A program made the translations under genes and the position numbers. Below are positions 25,447-34,210 of a stretch of 64,000 nt of DNA, in pieces (within the stretch, counting starts at the first letter, position 1; every line of letters begins with the position of its first letter). Source of the DNA: Desulfobacula sp. (lineage in GTDB: Bacteria > Desulfobacterota > Desulfobacteria > Desulfobacterales > Desulfobacteraceae); NCBI RefSeq assembly GCF_030611305.1, contig NZ_JAUWQB010000007.1:76-64075 (forward strand), in the 5' to 3' direction. The notes beneath the pieces are model-generated. The model had not been told where the DNA came from, ran no database searches, and was given only the letters and a program-made list of their open reading frames with translations.

Positions 25447-26538
25447 GTGGAACCGGTGAATAATATACCCATGAAAACCCGATCTTTAAAACTGCTTGAA
25501 TTTTTATCTCTGGAAAAGAGTGCCGACAGGCTGCTCGCCCTTGAGGTCCCGAAGGATGCCCTTTCATGGACCCGTTTTTGTGGTGCCCTGCTCCTTGTGT
25601 TGGTTGTATTGCTGTTTTTGTCGGGAATCTTCATGGCCTTTTATTACTCACCGATTCCTGGAACAGCCTATGACAGTGTAGATTTTGCCCTGTTTAATGT
25701 TCCCTTTGGCAGCGTTGTAAAAGGCGTTCATCATTATTCCTGGAATCTTTTGCTCATGGTCATGGGTGTCCATCTTGGTCGATCCTTGATCCTCGGCAGT
25801 TACAAGGCACCCAGACAGATGGTCTGGGTCACGGGTGTGATAATTTTGCTATTCGTGCCCTTGTTTATCATTACCGGAGATCTTTTGCCTTGGGATCAGA
25901 AGGGATACTGGTCAACCCAGGTTCGTTTAAGTATCATTTCATCAGTCCCGGGTATGGGTCATATTGCCGCTCGACTTCTTCAGGGCGGTTCTCTGACCGG
26001 CGTTGTGGCCTTGACCCGGTTTTATGTACTCCACATCCTGATGCTGCCCGGGCTGCTTGTCTTGCTTATAGCGGTTCATTTTCATTTCATCCGTCATCGT
26101 GGATTATCAGAACCGCTGGGCGCAGACCCGGTCTCCCGGCCCAGGATTCCTTTTTATCCGAATGTGGTGAATCGCTGGCTGTTTTTGTTCATTATGGTTT
26201 CTATCATTCTGGGAGTCATCAGTTGGCATTGGATACCACCTTTTGGTGATCCGGCCGATCCAACAGATTCTTCATATATACCCAAACCAGAGTGGTGGGT
26301 CCTGTTTTTGAATCAGCTCGTATCTGTCTTTAAAGGCGGTTTGGCCGTGTTGGGGTCAACAATAATTCCTGCAGGACTGGCAGGGCTGTTGATATGTTTG
26401 CCATTCATAGATCGTTCCCCCCATCGGCATCCGGCCCGCCGGTGGAAAATTCTTTTGCCTGCCGCCGCGATAGTGATTGCCATCCTCACGCTTTCTATAA
26501 TGGGATACATGGAACACTTTGTCCTGGTTGAGAATTAA
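25447..26538 (+). CDS. cytochrome b (bc1/b6f-type, N- and C-terminal parts fused)
   Basis: Multi-TM protein. His pairs occur in GVHHYSWNLLLMVMGVHLGR and YVLHILMLPGLLVLLIAVHFHF. PEWWVLF sits at the PEWY (Qo) position. Start is GTG 25447 or ATG 25471. Confidence 0.85.
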   Translation: MEPVNNIPMKTRSLKLLEFLSLEKSADRLLALEVPKDALSWTRFCGALLLVLVVLLFLSGIFMAFYYSPIPGTAYDSVDFALFNVPFGSVVKGVHHYSWNLLLMVMGVHLGRSLILGSYKAPRQMVWVTGVIILLFVPLFIITGDLLPWDQKGYWSTQVRLSIISSVPGMGHIAARLLQGGSLTGVVALTRFYVLHILMLPGLLVLLIAVHFHFIRHRGLSEPLGADPVSRPRIPFYPNVVNRWLFLFIMVSIILGVISWHWIPPFGDPADPTDSSYIPKPEWWVLFLNQLVSVFKGGLAVLGSTIIPAGLAGLLICLPFIDRSPHRHPARRWKILLPAAAIVIAILTLSIMGYMEHFVLVEN

Positions 26539-26633
26539 TATGTTCAACGCTTGCCAGGACAAGACCGGATAAGCTCGGAGTAATTCAAGATTTATGAAGT
26601 TGTTAAGATATATAATTTTAATAAAGGTGTATC

Positions 26634-27635
26634 ATGCGTAAAGACAAACAACTATTTACGGTTTTTGCCGTTGTATCGCTTCTATTTTTTATGTGGACCG
26701 GGAAAAGCGTTTGCCTGGCCGCAGACATATTTATCATAAGGGCTGAACACCTTCAGCAGGCCCCGAAAGGATTGAAAGATCCGATTTGGAATCAAATCTC
26801 GTCTATACCTGTTTCCGTTCAGGGAAGAGATGTTCTGTCCGAATCAAAAAGCATCGTATCCACACAGTCAGCTTATACGGATGAATTTATTTATTTTAAA
26901 TTAAAATGGAAGGATCCCACCAGAAGTGTCGTTAAGCAATCCTGGAAATTTGACGGAGTCAACTGGCATCACCAGGAAGGAAATGAAGACCGGATAGCCC
27001 TTCTTTTTGAAACTACCCGGATCAACAAATTTGCAACACGGGGGTGCGCGGTGACATGTCACAGCCCTCCGGATGTCCCTAAAAAAGACTGGAAATTTAC
27101 CACCAGGACCAGTGCTGAAAAAGGCGATTTGTGGCACTGGAAATCTGCCCGGTCCGCCCCTTATCAATATGCAGATGATGCCTGGCTGACCATTGCCGGC
27201 AATCCAACCGGATCATACCGTGAAACCGGCAGGAGAAAAGATGCCGGAAAAGGTGGAGACATTAAAAATCATACTCAGGACGAATCAAAACCGATTTACA
27301 TGCAAGATCCAACTAAAAAGCAGACTGTGCCCGGATTTCTCCTGAAGGAAGAAGCAATAAAAATAAATGACTATTCGATTTTCAAGGCTGGAGATATTAT
27401 TCCTTTCCGGCTGCCTGTAAAACCTGGCGGTTCGCGGTTTGATGTTAAAGCCGAAAGTCAATGGGCAGATGGTCACTGGACGGTCATGCTTTCCAGAAAA
27501 CTGGATACCGGCCATGGGGATGATGTAAGTTTTAATCCCTTGAAAAGGTATAGTTTTGCCATGGCCTTGTTTGATGATTCAGGAGATGATCATTCAAAGG
27601 CAACCAGACCGATGATATTAATCTTCGACCATTAA
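26634..27635 (+). CDS. secreted EB_dh-like heme-binding domain protein, copy 2 (paralog of 24446..25432)
   Basis: Signal peptide; GDLWHWKSARSAP; FAMALFDDSGDD; CAVTCH (CX3CH). Confidence 0.6.
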   Translation: MRKDKQLFTVFAVVSLLFFMWTGKSVCLAADIFIIRAEHLQQAPKGLKDPIWNQISSIPVSVQGRDVLSESKSIVSTQSAYTDEFIYFKLKWKDPTRSVVKQSWKFDGVNWHHQEGNEDRIALLFETTRINKFATRGCAVTCHSPPDVPKKDWKFTTRTSAEKGDLWHWKSARSAPYQYADDAWLTIAGNPTGSYRETGRRKDAGKGGDIKNHTQDESKPIYMQDPTKKQTVPGFLLKEEAIKINDYSIFKAGDIIPFRLPVKPGGSRFDVKAESQWADGHWTVMLSRKLDTGHGDDVSFNPLKRYSFAMALFDDSGDDHSKATRPMILIFDH

Positions 27636-27783
27636 ATTCGGACATAGAGTACCTGGAGTTTTAGGGCATTAAGCAAAAATACCTATACAAGGAGGCCTTG
27701 TTATGGACCCATTTTTGCGATACCCTGCTGTGAGAGTTCATATTGGATAATATGGATAAAAATTTTAATAGTTTGGAGACCAT

Positions 27784-28683
27784 GTGGAATCAATTAGTTT
27801 TGAAAACAGGGTTGCTATTGTAACCGGTGCAGGAGAGGGGATCGGAAGAGAATATGCATTGGATTTTGCAAACAGAGGGGCCTGTGTTGTGGTCAATGAT
27901 ATCGGCCATGGGCCGGACCAGTGCCGGACAGCAGACAGGGTTGTGGATGAAATAAAAAGAGCCGGTGGTCAGGCAGTTGCCAGTTTCGATTCCGTGGCTA
28001 CCATGGCAGGCGGTCAGCACATTGTTGACACAGCCATGGATCATTTCGGGAAGGTGGATATCCTGATTAATAATGCCGGGATACTGCGGGACCGGACATT
28101 TATGAAGATGACGGAACAAGAGTGGGATGACGTTATTGCCGTCCATTTGAAAGGCGCTTTTTGTGTGACCCAGCCGGCAGTAAAAATCATGAAAGAGAAC
28201 GGGTACGGCCGAATCGTATTTACTGCCTCATCCTCGGGCATGTATGGAAATTTCGGCCAGGCAAATTACGGGGCTGCCAAAATGGGGGTTATAGGCATTA
28301 TGAACACCCTGAAACTGGAAACAGCCAGGTATAATATTAAAATCAATACAGTGGCTCCCAATGCCGCAACCGGCATGACTCAGGGGGCTTTCCCCGACGA
28401 GGTGGCCAAAAGAATCAAGCCTGCATTTAACACGCCTATGGTGACCTTTCTGTGTTCTGAAGAAAACCGGGAATCCGGGATGCTTTTTACCATGAGTGCC
28501 GGCTGGTTTGCCCGTTCGGCAATGGTTTCCGGCAAAGGCCGTTGCATTGGAGATACAAAAAGACCGATAAGGGCAGAAGAGATCAGGGATCAGTTTGATC
28601 AGATAAAAAGTCTTGAGAATGCTCGCCCCTATGAACATTGCGGTGAGATTTACAGCCTGGGAAGACCTCTGACCGGCAGATAG
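27784..28683 (+). CDS. short-chain dehydrogenase/reductase (3-hydroxyacyl-CoA dehydrogenase-like)
   Basis: VAIVTGAGEGIG, NNAG, SSSG...YGAAK catalytic set; GTG start. Confidence 0.85.
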   Translation: MESISFENRVAIVTGAGEGIGREYALDFANRGACVVVNDIGHGPDQCRTADRVVDEIKRAGGQAVASFDSVATMAGGQHIVDTAMDHFGKVDILINNAGILRDRTFMKMTEQEWDDVIAVHLKGAFCVTQPAVKIMKENGYGRIVFTASSSGMYGNFGQANYGAAKMGVIGIMNTLKLETARYNIKINTVAPNAATGMTQGAFPDEVAKRIKPAFNTPMVTFLCSEENRESGMLFTMSAGWFARSAMVSGKGRCIGDTKRPIRAEEIRDQFDQIKSLENARPYEHCGEIYSLGRPLTGR

Positions 28684-28689
28684 GGGATA

Positions 28690-28993
28690 AAGCTGTGGCG
28701 GGGCTACGCACTTTCCAAATCCTGCTTAGTCATCACAACGGGCGGTTTTTTCATCTTTCTGGATTGTACGGGAGCAATTTTTTTATCAATATTAATACCT
28801 AAAATTTTTTTATACAAAAAAATCTCAAATAGTGGGCAATCCACCTGCAATATGTTTCTTCAGTCTGGTATGCATAATGATGATAGCGTAAAACCTGTCG
28901 AACCTGATCCATGAGTTTTAATGATGAATCAGGCTTGAATTTTTGATTGACTTCCATGGTTTCATATTGTATTGGCAAAGGAAAAAAAGGCAA
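28690..28993 (-). pseudogene. intI: integron integrase (intI) remnant
   Basis: ORF 28799..28993 encodes LMDQVRQVLRYHHYAYQTEETYCRWIAHYLRFF, which resembles the IntI N-terminus ([32 protein letters not shown] in IntI1). It then stops. In another frame, 28690-28770 encodes QSRKMKKPPVVMTKQDLESA, comparable to IntI RPRPSRRLPVVLTPDEV. Everything further is missing. Confidence 0.65.
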
Positions 28994-29048
28994 TAGGTGA
29001 TTTTCTATTTATTTACACTGTTGTGCCTATCTATATTGAAAAAGAAAA

Positions 29049-29822
29049 ATGGTATTTTCTATCGTGTTGAATACAAGAAAACTTGCTGAAGAAATTTCAA
29101 AGAAGTTGTTTCATGGGAAAGAAAGTCAGTTTCTTCATGACCAGGAACTTATTGAAGATCTTATGTTGGTATTGAACCATTTGGAGAAACATCAACAAAT
29201 TGAAAAATATATTTCTCGTTTCAAGGGAAAACAGACACAAGTGATTGGAGCACTTGCAGAATCGAGGATATCGTATTTTCTGGAGCAAATTGGGTTTAAA
29301 ATTTGTACCTGGGAACCCACAGGGGCAGGCAATTACGAAGGTGATTTTACTGTTCAGTTTGGCAACTTACCACAGATATTTGTTGAGGTAAAAGCACCTA
29401 CATGGGAAGGCGAGCTTACACGAGAAGAATTGCTCGGTGAACGCAAGCTCCAGCCCAAATATTTACATGATGAAGCTCGATTTGCCGATCCAGTTAGCCT
29501 GATTGTTGGCGCTATAGAAAAAGCACTTCCAAAATTTGAAAAGAACAAAATCAATCTTCTCGCTGTTGGAGGCTATTTATCTTTTCTTTCTCCATTTGAA
29601 ATACCAAGAAATATTTTTGAACCTAAAATTAATTATGAACTTTCAAAAATAAATATTGAATACCTTGGCGGAATTTTCATCCTTGACTTAGGTAATTGGG
29701 GAAATGGTATTCAGTACAAGTCTTATTACATTAGAAATCCAGTTGTTCAGTCTATCTCCTCCCTACCTGAAAAAGTTGAGGAAAAGCTATGTGAAAACAA
29801 TCAAACAGCTTTTTTCCGTTGA
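29049..29822 (+). CDS. cassette 1: hypothetical protein with PD-(D/E)xK nuclease-like motif
   Basis: 257 aa. ..YEGDFTVQFGNLPQIFVEVKAP.. fits the D-Xn-E-X-K pattern. No other recognisable motif. Confidence 0.45.
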   Translation: MVFSIVLNTRKLAEEISKKLFHGKESQFLHDQELIEDLMLVLNHLEKHQQIEKYISRFKGKQTQVIGALAESRISYFLEQIGFKICTWEPTGAGNYEGDFTVQFGNLPQIFVEVKAPTWEGELTREELLGERKLQPKYLHDEARFADPVSLIVGAIEKALPKFEKNKINLLAVGGYLSFLSPFEIPRNIFEPKINYELSKINIEYLGGIFILDLGNWGNGIQYKSYYIRNPVVQSISSLPEKVEEKLCENNQTAFFR

Positions 29823-29832
29823 AGTTAAAAGG

Positions 29833-29962
29833 CACAACCAGGCGCTTGAGATGGACTGGGCAAAGCCGTGCCGCTTTTCGAAAGGCAGTATTTGACCGGT
29901 AGTTTTTACCTTTATCATTGTTTTTCGGTTATCGTTGTCCAGCCACTCAGCTTTACATTCTG
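29833..29962 (+). repeat. attC-like site 1 (long family, degenerate R' end)
   Basis: 5' CACAACCAGGCGCTTGAG; 3' CCACTCAGCTTTACATTCTG. The 3' end matches the long-family end CAGCTTTGCGTTATG except for two G-to-A changes, which destroy the GTT. Confidence 0.5.
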
Positions 29963-30001
29963 TGTAGATAGCCATGAAACAAACGACAAGAATAATGTGG
30001 A

Positions 30002-30556
30002 TTGAAAAAAATGGATTATAAGAATATCGGAAGAATGATTAAAAAAGGTCTATCACGTAGTTTGTCGTCTAAGATCGACTTTCAAAAGAGTTGGCATCGC
30101 AGAAATCACACTCACATGTATAAAAGTATTATGGTGAGCGTATCATCTGACTATAGTGGACCACATATAACTGCGGCTTTATGGAGTGAAGGTGATATAT
30201 TATCTGATAGATGTAGTATATCTTTTTTTAAACGCCCTATTGATTCTTTTATTGAAGGTGTGAACCAAATAACACTTGAAGTGAGCAAAGCAAAAAACAG
30301 TCACCCTGAATTGTACTATTTCAAAAGCACTAGCTTAATGAAGGATGATTTAAAAGAATATCTTTCAAGATTAAAAGCAGGTGGGGATGCTTTGTGCTCT
30401 CCTCGCATAGAAGAAATGCTTAAAAATGGTAATACTAATACCTTTAAGAACAAAAAAAAGCTAATCCATATATATGAAATGTATAGCAATGGCTCATGGA
30501 GCATTACTGATAAAGAACCTTGGATTGAACATACGTCAGGTTGTGATTATGACTAA
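30002..30556 (+). CDS. cassette 2: hypothetical protein
   Basis: 184-aa ORF (TTG 30002 or ATG 30011) with no recognisable motif. Confidence 0.4.
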   Translation: MKKMDYKNIGRMIKKGLSRSLSSKIDFQKSWHRRNHTHMYKSIMVSVSSDYSGPHITAALWSEGDILSDRCSISFFKRPIDSFIEGVNQITLEVSKAKNSHPELYYFKSTSLMKDDLKEYLSRLKAGGDALCSPRIEEMLKNGNTNTFKNKKKLIHIYEMYSNGSWSITDKEPWIEHTSGCDYD

Positions 30557-30564
30557 AAACCCCA

Positions 30565-30690
30565 CAGAACAAGCCGCTCGATAGGAGGGGGCTACTGAGC
30601 GGCTCTTGAAGATTTCGGCTATAACATAAATTTTAACTATGCTGAGGTTGTCGGCATAAAACCCCCGACCCCCTCAGCTTTGCGTTATGC
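30565..30690 (+). repeat. attC-like site 2 (long family, about 126 nt)
   Basis: 5' CAGAACAAGCCGCT; 3' CAGCTTTGCGTTATGC. Internal hairpin GCTGAGGTTGTCGG..CCGACCCCCTCAGC. About three-quarters identical by eye to site 9. Confidence 0.65.
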
Positions 30691-30713
30691 AATAAAACAA
30701 AAGGTGAAAAATA

Positions 30714-31193
30714 ATGGATAATTCTGGAAGCATTAATGGATCTCTACCACCCCTTAGGATGGTTCCCCCAAGCCAGTTGGATGCTTATATAATTGTTGCC
30801 CGTGACCTTTTGCAAGGGGTTGAAGCGCTATCAAATATTAATACTATTAATCATAGAGCGTGTTCGTTAATTGCCGCACACGCATTGGAATGTACACTTA
30901 AAGCTTTTTTGTGGTATAAGGGCAAAAAAGAGGAGATTCGTAAACCTAAAGTCCAACATAACCTAATAACCCTTTGGGATATGTCTTACAATGAAAAGAC
31001 CTTGAATATTCCAAAATCACCACCTGACTGGGTCAAAATACTTAGCTTAGGCCATGGTCCGAATTTTTATTTTCGATATCAGGAAGGAGAAAAAAAGGCT
31101 GTGGTTCAAGGAGGACAAACCCCCGCATTGATTCCTATGGCGATAGCATTAAAAGAAATAATCGAAAAAGTAGAGAATGTGATTAAGTTGTAA
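30714..31193 (+). CDS. cassette 3: hypothetical helical protein (weakly HEPN-like)
   Basis: RBS GGTGA. The AAHALECTLKAFL and HNLITLW helices recall HEPN, but no RX4-6H motif was seen. Confidence 0.35.
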   Translation: MDNSGSINGSLPPLRMVPPSQLDAYIIVARDLLQGVEALSNINTINHRACSLIAAHALECTLKAFLWYKGKKEEIRKPKVQHNLITLWDMSYNEKTLNIPKSPPDWVKILSLGHGPNFYFRYQEGEKKAVVQGGQTPALIPMAIALKEIIEKVENVIKL

Positions 31194-31216
31194 TGAAATA
31201 ATTTTCTGAAAATTTT

Positions 31217-31342
31217 GCGTAACCAGCGGGTGAACCGGACAGCAAGGGGCTGCTTCTTTTTAAAGATTGAAAAACTTTTGAATGATGTGCTTTCAATTGA
31301 TTTTATTGGAAACCCTTGCTGCCCGTTACCCAAACGTTATGC
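31217..31342 (+). repeat. attC-like site 3 (about 126 nt)
   Basis: 5' GCGTAACCAGCGGG; 3' CCCAAACGTTATGC; inner 9-bp dyad CAGCAAGGG / CCCTTGCTG. Confidence 0.6.
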
Positions 31343-31358
31343 CCCAAAAGGATCCAGA

Positions 31359-31919
31359 ATGAAAACAGAAGACTTGGGAAATTCAAAATTAATAAATCTT
31401 ATTTTCAAGCCAGCTGGAATTCTTATGGGGAGTAGGATCAGAAAATGGCTAATGAATCCTGTGAAAACTCTTCAAATAGCTGATGTTCAGCCTACCCAGA
31501 CCATTTTAGAGGTGGGATGTGGTACAGGCTTTTTCACAATACCGGCAGCACAACTGGTTGGTGACCAAGGGTCTTTGGTAGCAATGGATGCTTCATCCGG
31601 ATTTCTTGAAGTAGTAGCCAAGAAAGTGGAAAAGGCCAACTTGAAAAATGTTTCTATTATTCAAAGAGATGCGCTGAATACAAGATTAGAGACTGCAAGC
31701 ATAGATAAAGTTCTTTTATTTGGCGTGATCCCTTTTCCATTGCTACCTTTGGATAAGCTTTTACCTGAGATGCATCGAATTCTTAAACCAGATGCTACCA
31801 TGGCAGTATGGCTTTTTCCACCTTTGGTACACTCATGGGTGCCAAAAGCAATACTTCAAACAAATATATTTGAGCTTATTAATAAGAAGAATAGTGTCTA
31901 TAATTACAAACGGATATAA
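31359..31919 (+). CDS. cassette 4: class I SAM-dependent methyltransferase
   Basis: Motif I ILEVGCGTGFFT. Start placed at ATG 31359 because the ORF-track extension from 31215 runs through attC site 3. Confidence 0.7.
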   Translation: MKTEDLGNSKLINLIFKPAGILMGSRIRKWLMNPVKTLQIADVQPTQTILEVGCGTGFFTIPAAQLVGDQGSLVAMDASSGFLEVVAKKVEKANLKNVSIIQRDALNTRLETASIDKVLLFGVIPFPLLPLDKLLPEMHRILKPDATMAVWLFPPLVHSWVPKAILQTNIFELINKKNSVYNYKRI

Positions 31920-31925
31920 TGGAAG

Positions 31926-31997
31926 GCATAACAAATGAATTGAGATGGATTTTTAAATGCTGACGCATTTAAAAACCACTCATTCAAAGCGTTAGGT
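31926..31997 (+). repeat. attC-like site 4 (short, 72 nt)
   Basis: GCATAAC...GTTAGGT (GTTRRRY match). Outer imperfect dyad TGAATTGAGATGG / CCACTCATTCA has unpaired bases. Inner perfect dyad TTTAAATGC / GCATTTAAA. Confidence 0.7.
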
Positions 31998-32017
31998 TTG
32001 CAACAGGAGAAAAGTAC

Positions 32018-32452
32018 ATGTTTGAAAATCCGTCATTAATAACGCGTATAGCAATTGGTAAAGCAGTAGGTTTTTTGTTTGGGCTTATCGGTTTTATTTG
32101 TTTACCATACTTTTTGCCAGAAACTGATTGGTTACTTCGGTGGGGTATTTTGCTGTGGTACACCACACTTGGCGCAATTATTGGGGTATTCGGGGTCTTT
32201 ACCTATCATCCAATACTAAAACTGCCTTTCCCCTGGTGGTTTCGGGCACCCTTATTGGGAGCGTGGATGAACTTTGTTCTAACCTTTTTTGCTTTTGATG
32301 CTATGCAGACTATGATGTTCTCTGTATTTGGTGAGAATGGTATATTAACTTCACCGTTTTGGTTCACTGCTGAAGGAGCGATTATTGGACTAATTATGGG
32401 ATATTTAGCCACGAGGTTTGGCGGAGAGGGCAAGGCAACGGTTAGGAAATAA
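32018..32452 (+). CDS. cassette 5: small integral membrane protein (about 4 TM)
   Basis: RBS CAGGAGA; hydrophobic segments throughout; no known motif. Confidence 0.5.
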   Translation: MFENPSLITRIAIGKAVGFLFGLIGFICLPYFLPETDWLLRWGILLWYTTLGAIIGVFGVFTYHPILKLPFPWWFRAPLLGAWMNFVLTFFAFDAMQTMMFSVFGENGILTSPFWFTAEGAIIGLIMGYLATRFGGEGKATVRK

Positions 32453-32471
32453 ATTTGATAACACCTAAAAA

Positions 32472-32546
32472 CTTAACAAGGCAAATTAACATGGATATTT
32501 TGTTACGCTACGCTCTACAAAATACCAGTTATTTGCGGCGTTCGAT
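32472..32546 (+). repeat. attC-like site 5 (short)
   Basis: CTTAACAAGGCAAATTAAC ... GTTATTTGCGGCGTTCGAT; imperfect dyad ending in GTTCGAT. Confidence 0.55.
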
Positions 32547-32560
32547 CCATAAAGGAGGGA

Positions 32561-33382
32561 ATGAAAATGCATATGAAAAAAATCACTTACCTGTTTATTT
32601 CACTACTTATTGTGCTGGCTATTGGCACTGCCAGCGCCACTGCCCAAGGCATACAACCGTCAGGCAAGGAAATAGGGATAGATAAGCAGGGAAATACTAT
32701 CTATCAAGTCCAAGCGAATGGAATTAAAATAGGCTACAAATTGATTGGCTCAGGTGAACCACTCGTCATGATTATGGGGTTGGGTGCTACAATGGATCTT
32801 TGGCCTATAGAGATCATCCAAATGTTGTCAAAGAATTATCAACTGATCATACTGGACAACCGGGGCATGGGATATACAACGACTAATGACGAAAAGTTTA
32901 ATTATAAATTGTTTGCAGATGACGTCATTAGCCTCCTTACCGTTCTTGGTGTAAAAAAGACAAATGTGCTAGGGTATTCCATGGGAAGTGTGATCACCCA
33001 AAAACTATTACTGGAGTATCCGGAACAATTTAATAAAGCAATTATCCACGCAACCTCTGCAGATGGAAGTGATGTCGCTAAAGCTTTAACAGGTAAAACA
33101 CCTGACAACCCAACCGTTATACGACAAGTTTTAGCTACAATCCATTGGAAGACCCCCATGGACCAACTACCTTCCATTGCTAATCAGGTCATGTTTCTTG
33201 TTGGAACTTCGGATCACATAGTCGGAATTGAAAGTTCAAAGACCCTCGCTTCCGCAATTCCTGGGGCATGGCTGGTTCAATTCAAAAATGGAACACACCA
33301 TTTGATAATTGAAGCGCCTATCGAATTTGCCAAGGTCGTTTTAACCTTCCTAAATATTAATGAGACGATTGATGTGAAATAA
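32561..33382 (+). CDS. cassette 6: secreted alpha/beta-fold hydrolase
   Basis: Signal peptide KKITYLFISLLIVLAIGTASATA; nucleophile elbow GYSMGS. The start is more likely ATG 32567, given GGAGG at 32554-32558. Confidence 0.7.
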   Translation: MKMHMKKITYLFISLLIVLAIGTASATAQGIQPSGKEIGIDKQGNTIYQVQANGIKIGYKLIGSGEPLVMIMGLGATMDLWPIEIIQMLSKNYQLIILDNRGMGYTTTNDEKFNYKLFADDVISLLTVLGVKKTNVLGYSMGSVITQKLLLEYPEQFNKAIIHATSADGSDVAKALTGKTPDNPTVIRQVLATIHWKTPMDQLPSIANQVMFLVGTSDHIVGIESSKTLASAIPGAWLVQFKNGTHHLIIEAPIEFAKVVLTFLNINETIDVK

Positions 33383-33406
33383 TTGCTACAATGTAATGTA
33401 TGGCCA

Positions 33407-33467
33407 CTCGAACAAGCTCTTCCAGCGGATCGCAAAAAGCCGCGCTCGCTGAAGAGCGGCGTTATAT
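33407..33467 (+). repeat. attC-like site 6 (short, about 60 nt)
   Basis: CTCGAACAAGCTCTTC ... GAAGAGCGGCGTTATAT; inner dyad CAGCGGATCGC..GCGCTCGCTG. Confidence 0.7.
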
Positions 33468-33496
33468 TTCTAACCTAAAATAAAAGGTGTAAGATT

Positions 33497-34018
33497 ATGT
33501 TGCTAAAGACATTCACAAAAGAAATATTTAGATCAAAATGTATGCCAAGCGCTGAATCAGTTCATTGTTTTGCACATCTTGATGAGGATATTCAAGATGT
33601 GCTACCTTATCTTAACGCCGAACTCGGTGGCTCTTCTTATACAAAAGAACCACCATCAGTAACCTTTAAAGTTCATGGCAAACTAATGACCGTTCATCCA
33701 AGGAAAATTGCAATTAATGCACTCAAGGATGAAAAGGAAGCTGAAAAAATATTAATTTGGCTTAAAGGCATAATAAATGACACATGGGATAGGCATGATG
33801 AAATAGAACCCAGCTATGAAAGTGTGCCTCAGCCTGTTCTTTTTGAGATTCTCAAGCTTTTACCAAAATCTAACTGCCGAGAGTGTAATGAACCTACTTG
33901 TATGGTATTTGCTGCACGAGCAGTAGAAGGTGTAAAAGGTCATAATGACTGCCCTACGATAGAAGCAGAAAACAGAGAAAAGCTCAAAAAATACTTGTCT
34001 CAATTTCATTTTGAGTAA
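33497..34018 (+). CDS. cassette 7: protein with C-terminal CX2CX4CX16C Fe-S cluster domain
   Basis: SNCRECNEPTCMVFAARAVEGVKGHNDCP resembles the RnfB/CFeSP-type putative Fe-S domain. Confidence 0.55.
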   Translation: MLLKTFTKEIFRSKCMPSAESVHCFAHLDEDIQDVLPYLNAELGGSSYTKEPPSVTFKVHGKLMTVHPRKIAINALKDEKEAEKILIWLKGIINDTWDRHDEIEPSYESVPQPVLFEILKLLPKSNCRECNEPTCMVFAARAVEGVKGHNDCPTIEAENREKLKKYLSQFHFE

Positions 34019-34027
34019 ATAAATTGA

Positions 34028-34154
34028 ATATAACCTGTCAGTTCAGGTGACAGCCAGGGTCTTCGCCGTTTTGGCAGGTTGTTGTAAAATTGAAATATAT
34101 TATTTTTAGCAGAGGTAGTGGTAACCCTGGCCGCACCTGACTTCTGCGATATAA
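34028..34154 (+). repeat. attC-like site 7 (long, degenerate R')
   Basis: ATATAACCTGTCAGTTCAGGTGACAGCCAGGGT ... ACCCTGGCCGCACCTGACTTCTGCGATATAA. It has a long imperfect dyad, and the 3' core reads GATAT instead of GTTAT. Confidence 0.5.
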
Positions 34155-34210
34155 TTTAAAAGGGGCAGTGATATTTTGATAAACATATTGGTAAAGTTCA
34201 GGAGTAGATC

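Noticed and set aside
31215-31358. N-terminal extension of the methyltransferase ORF
   Set aside because: It runs straight through attC-like site 3. A good ATG with an upstream AAGGA lies at 31359, just after the cassette boundary.
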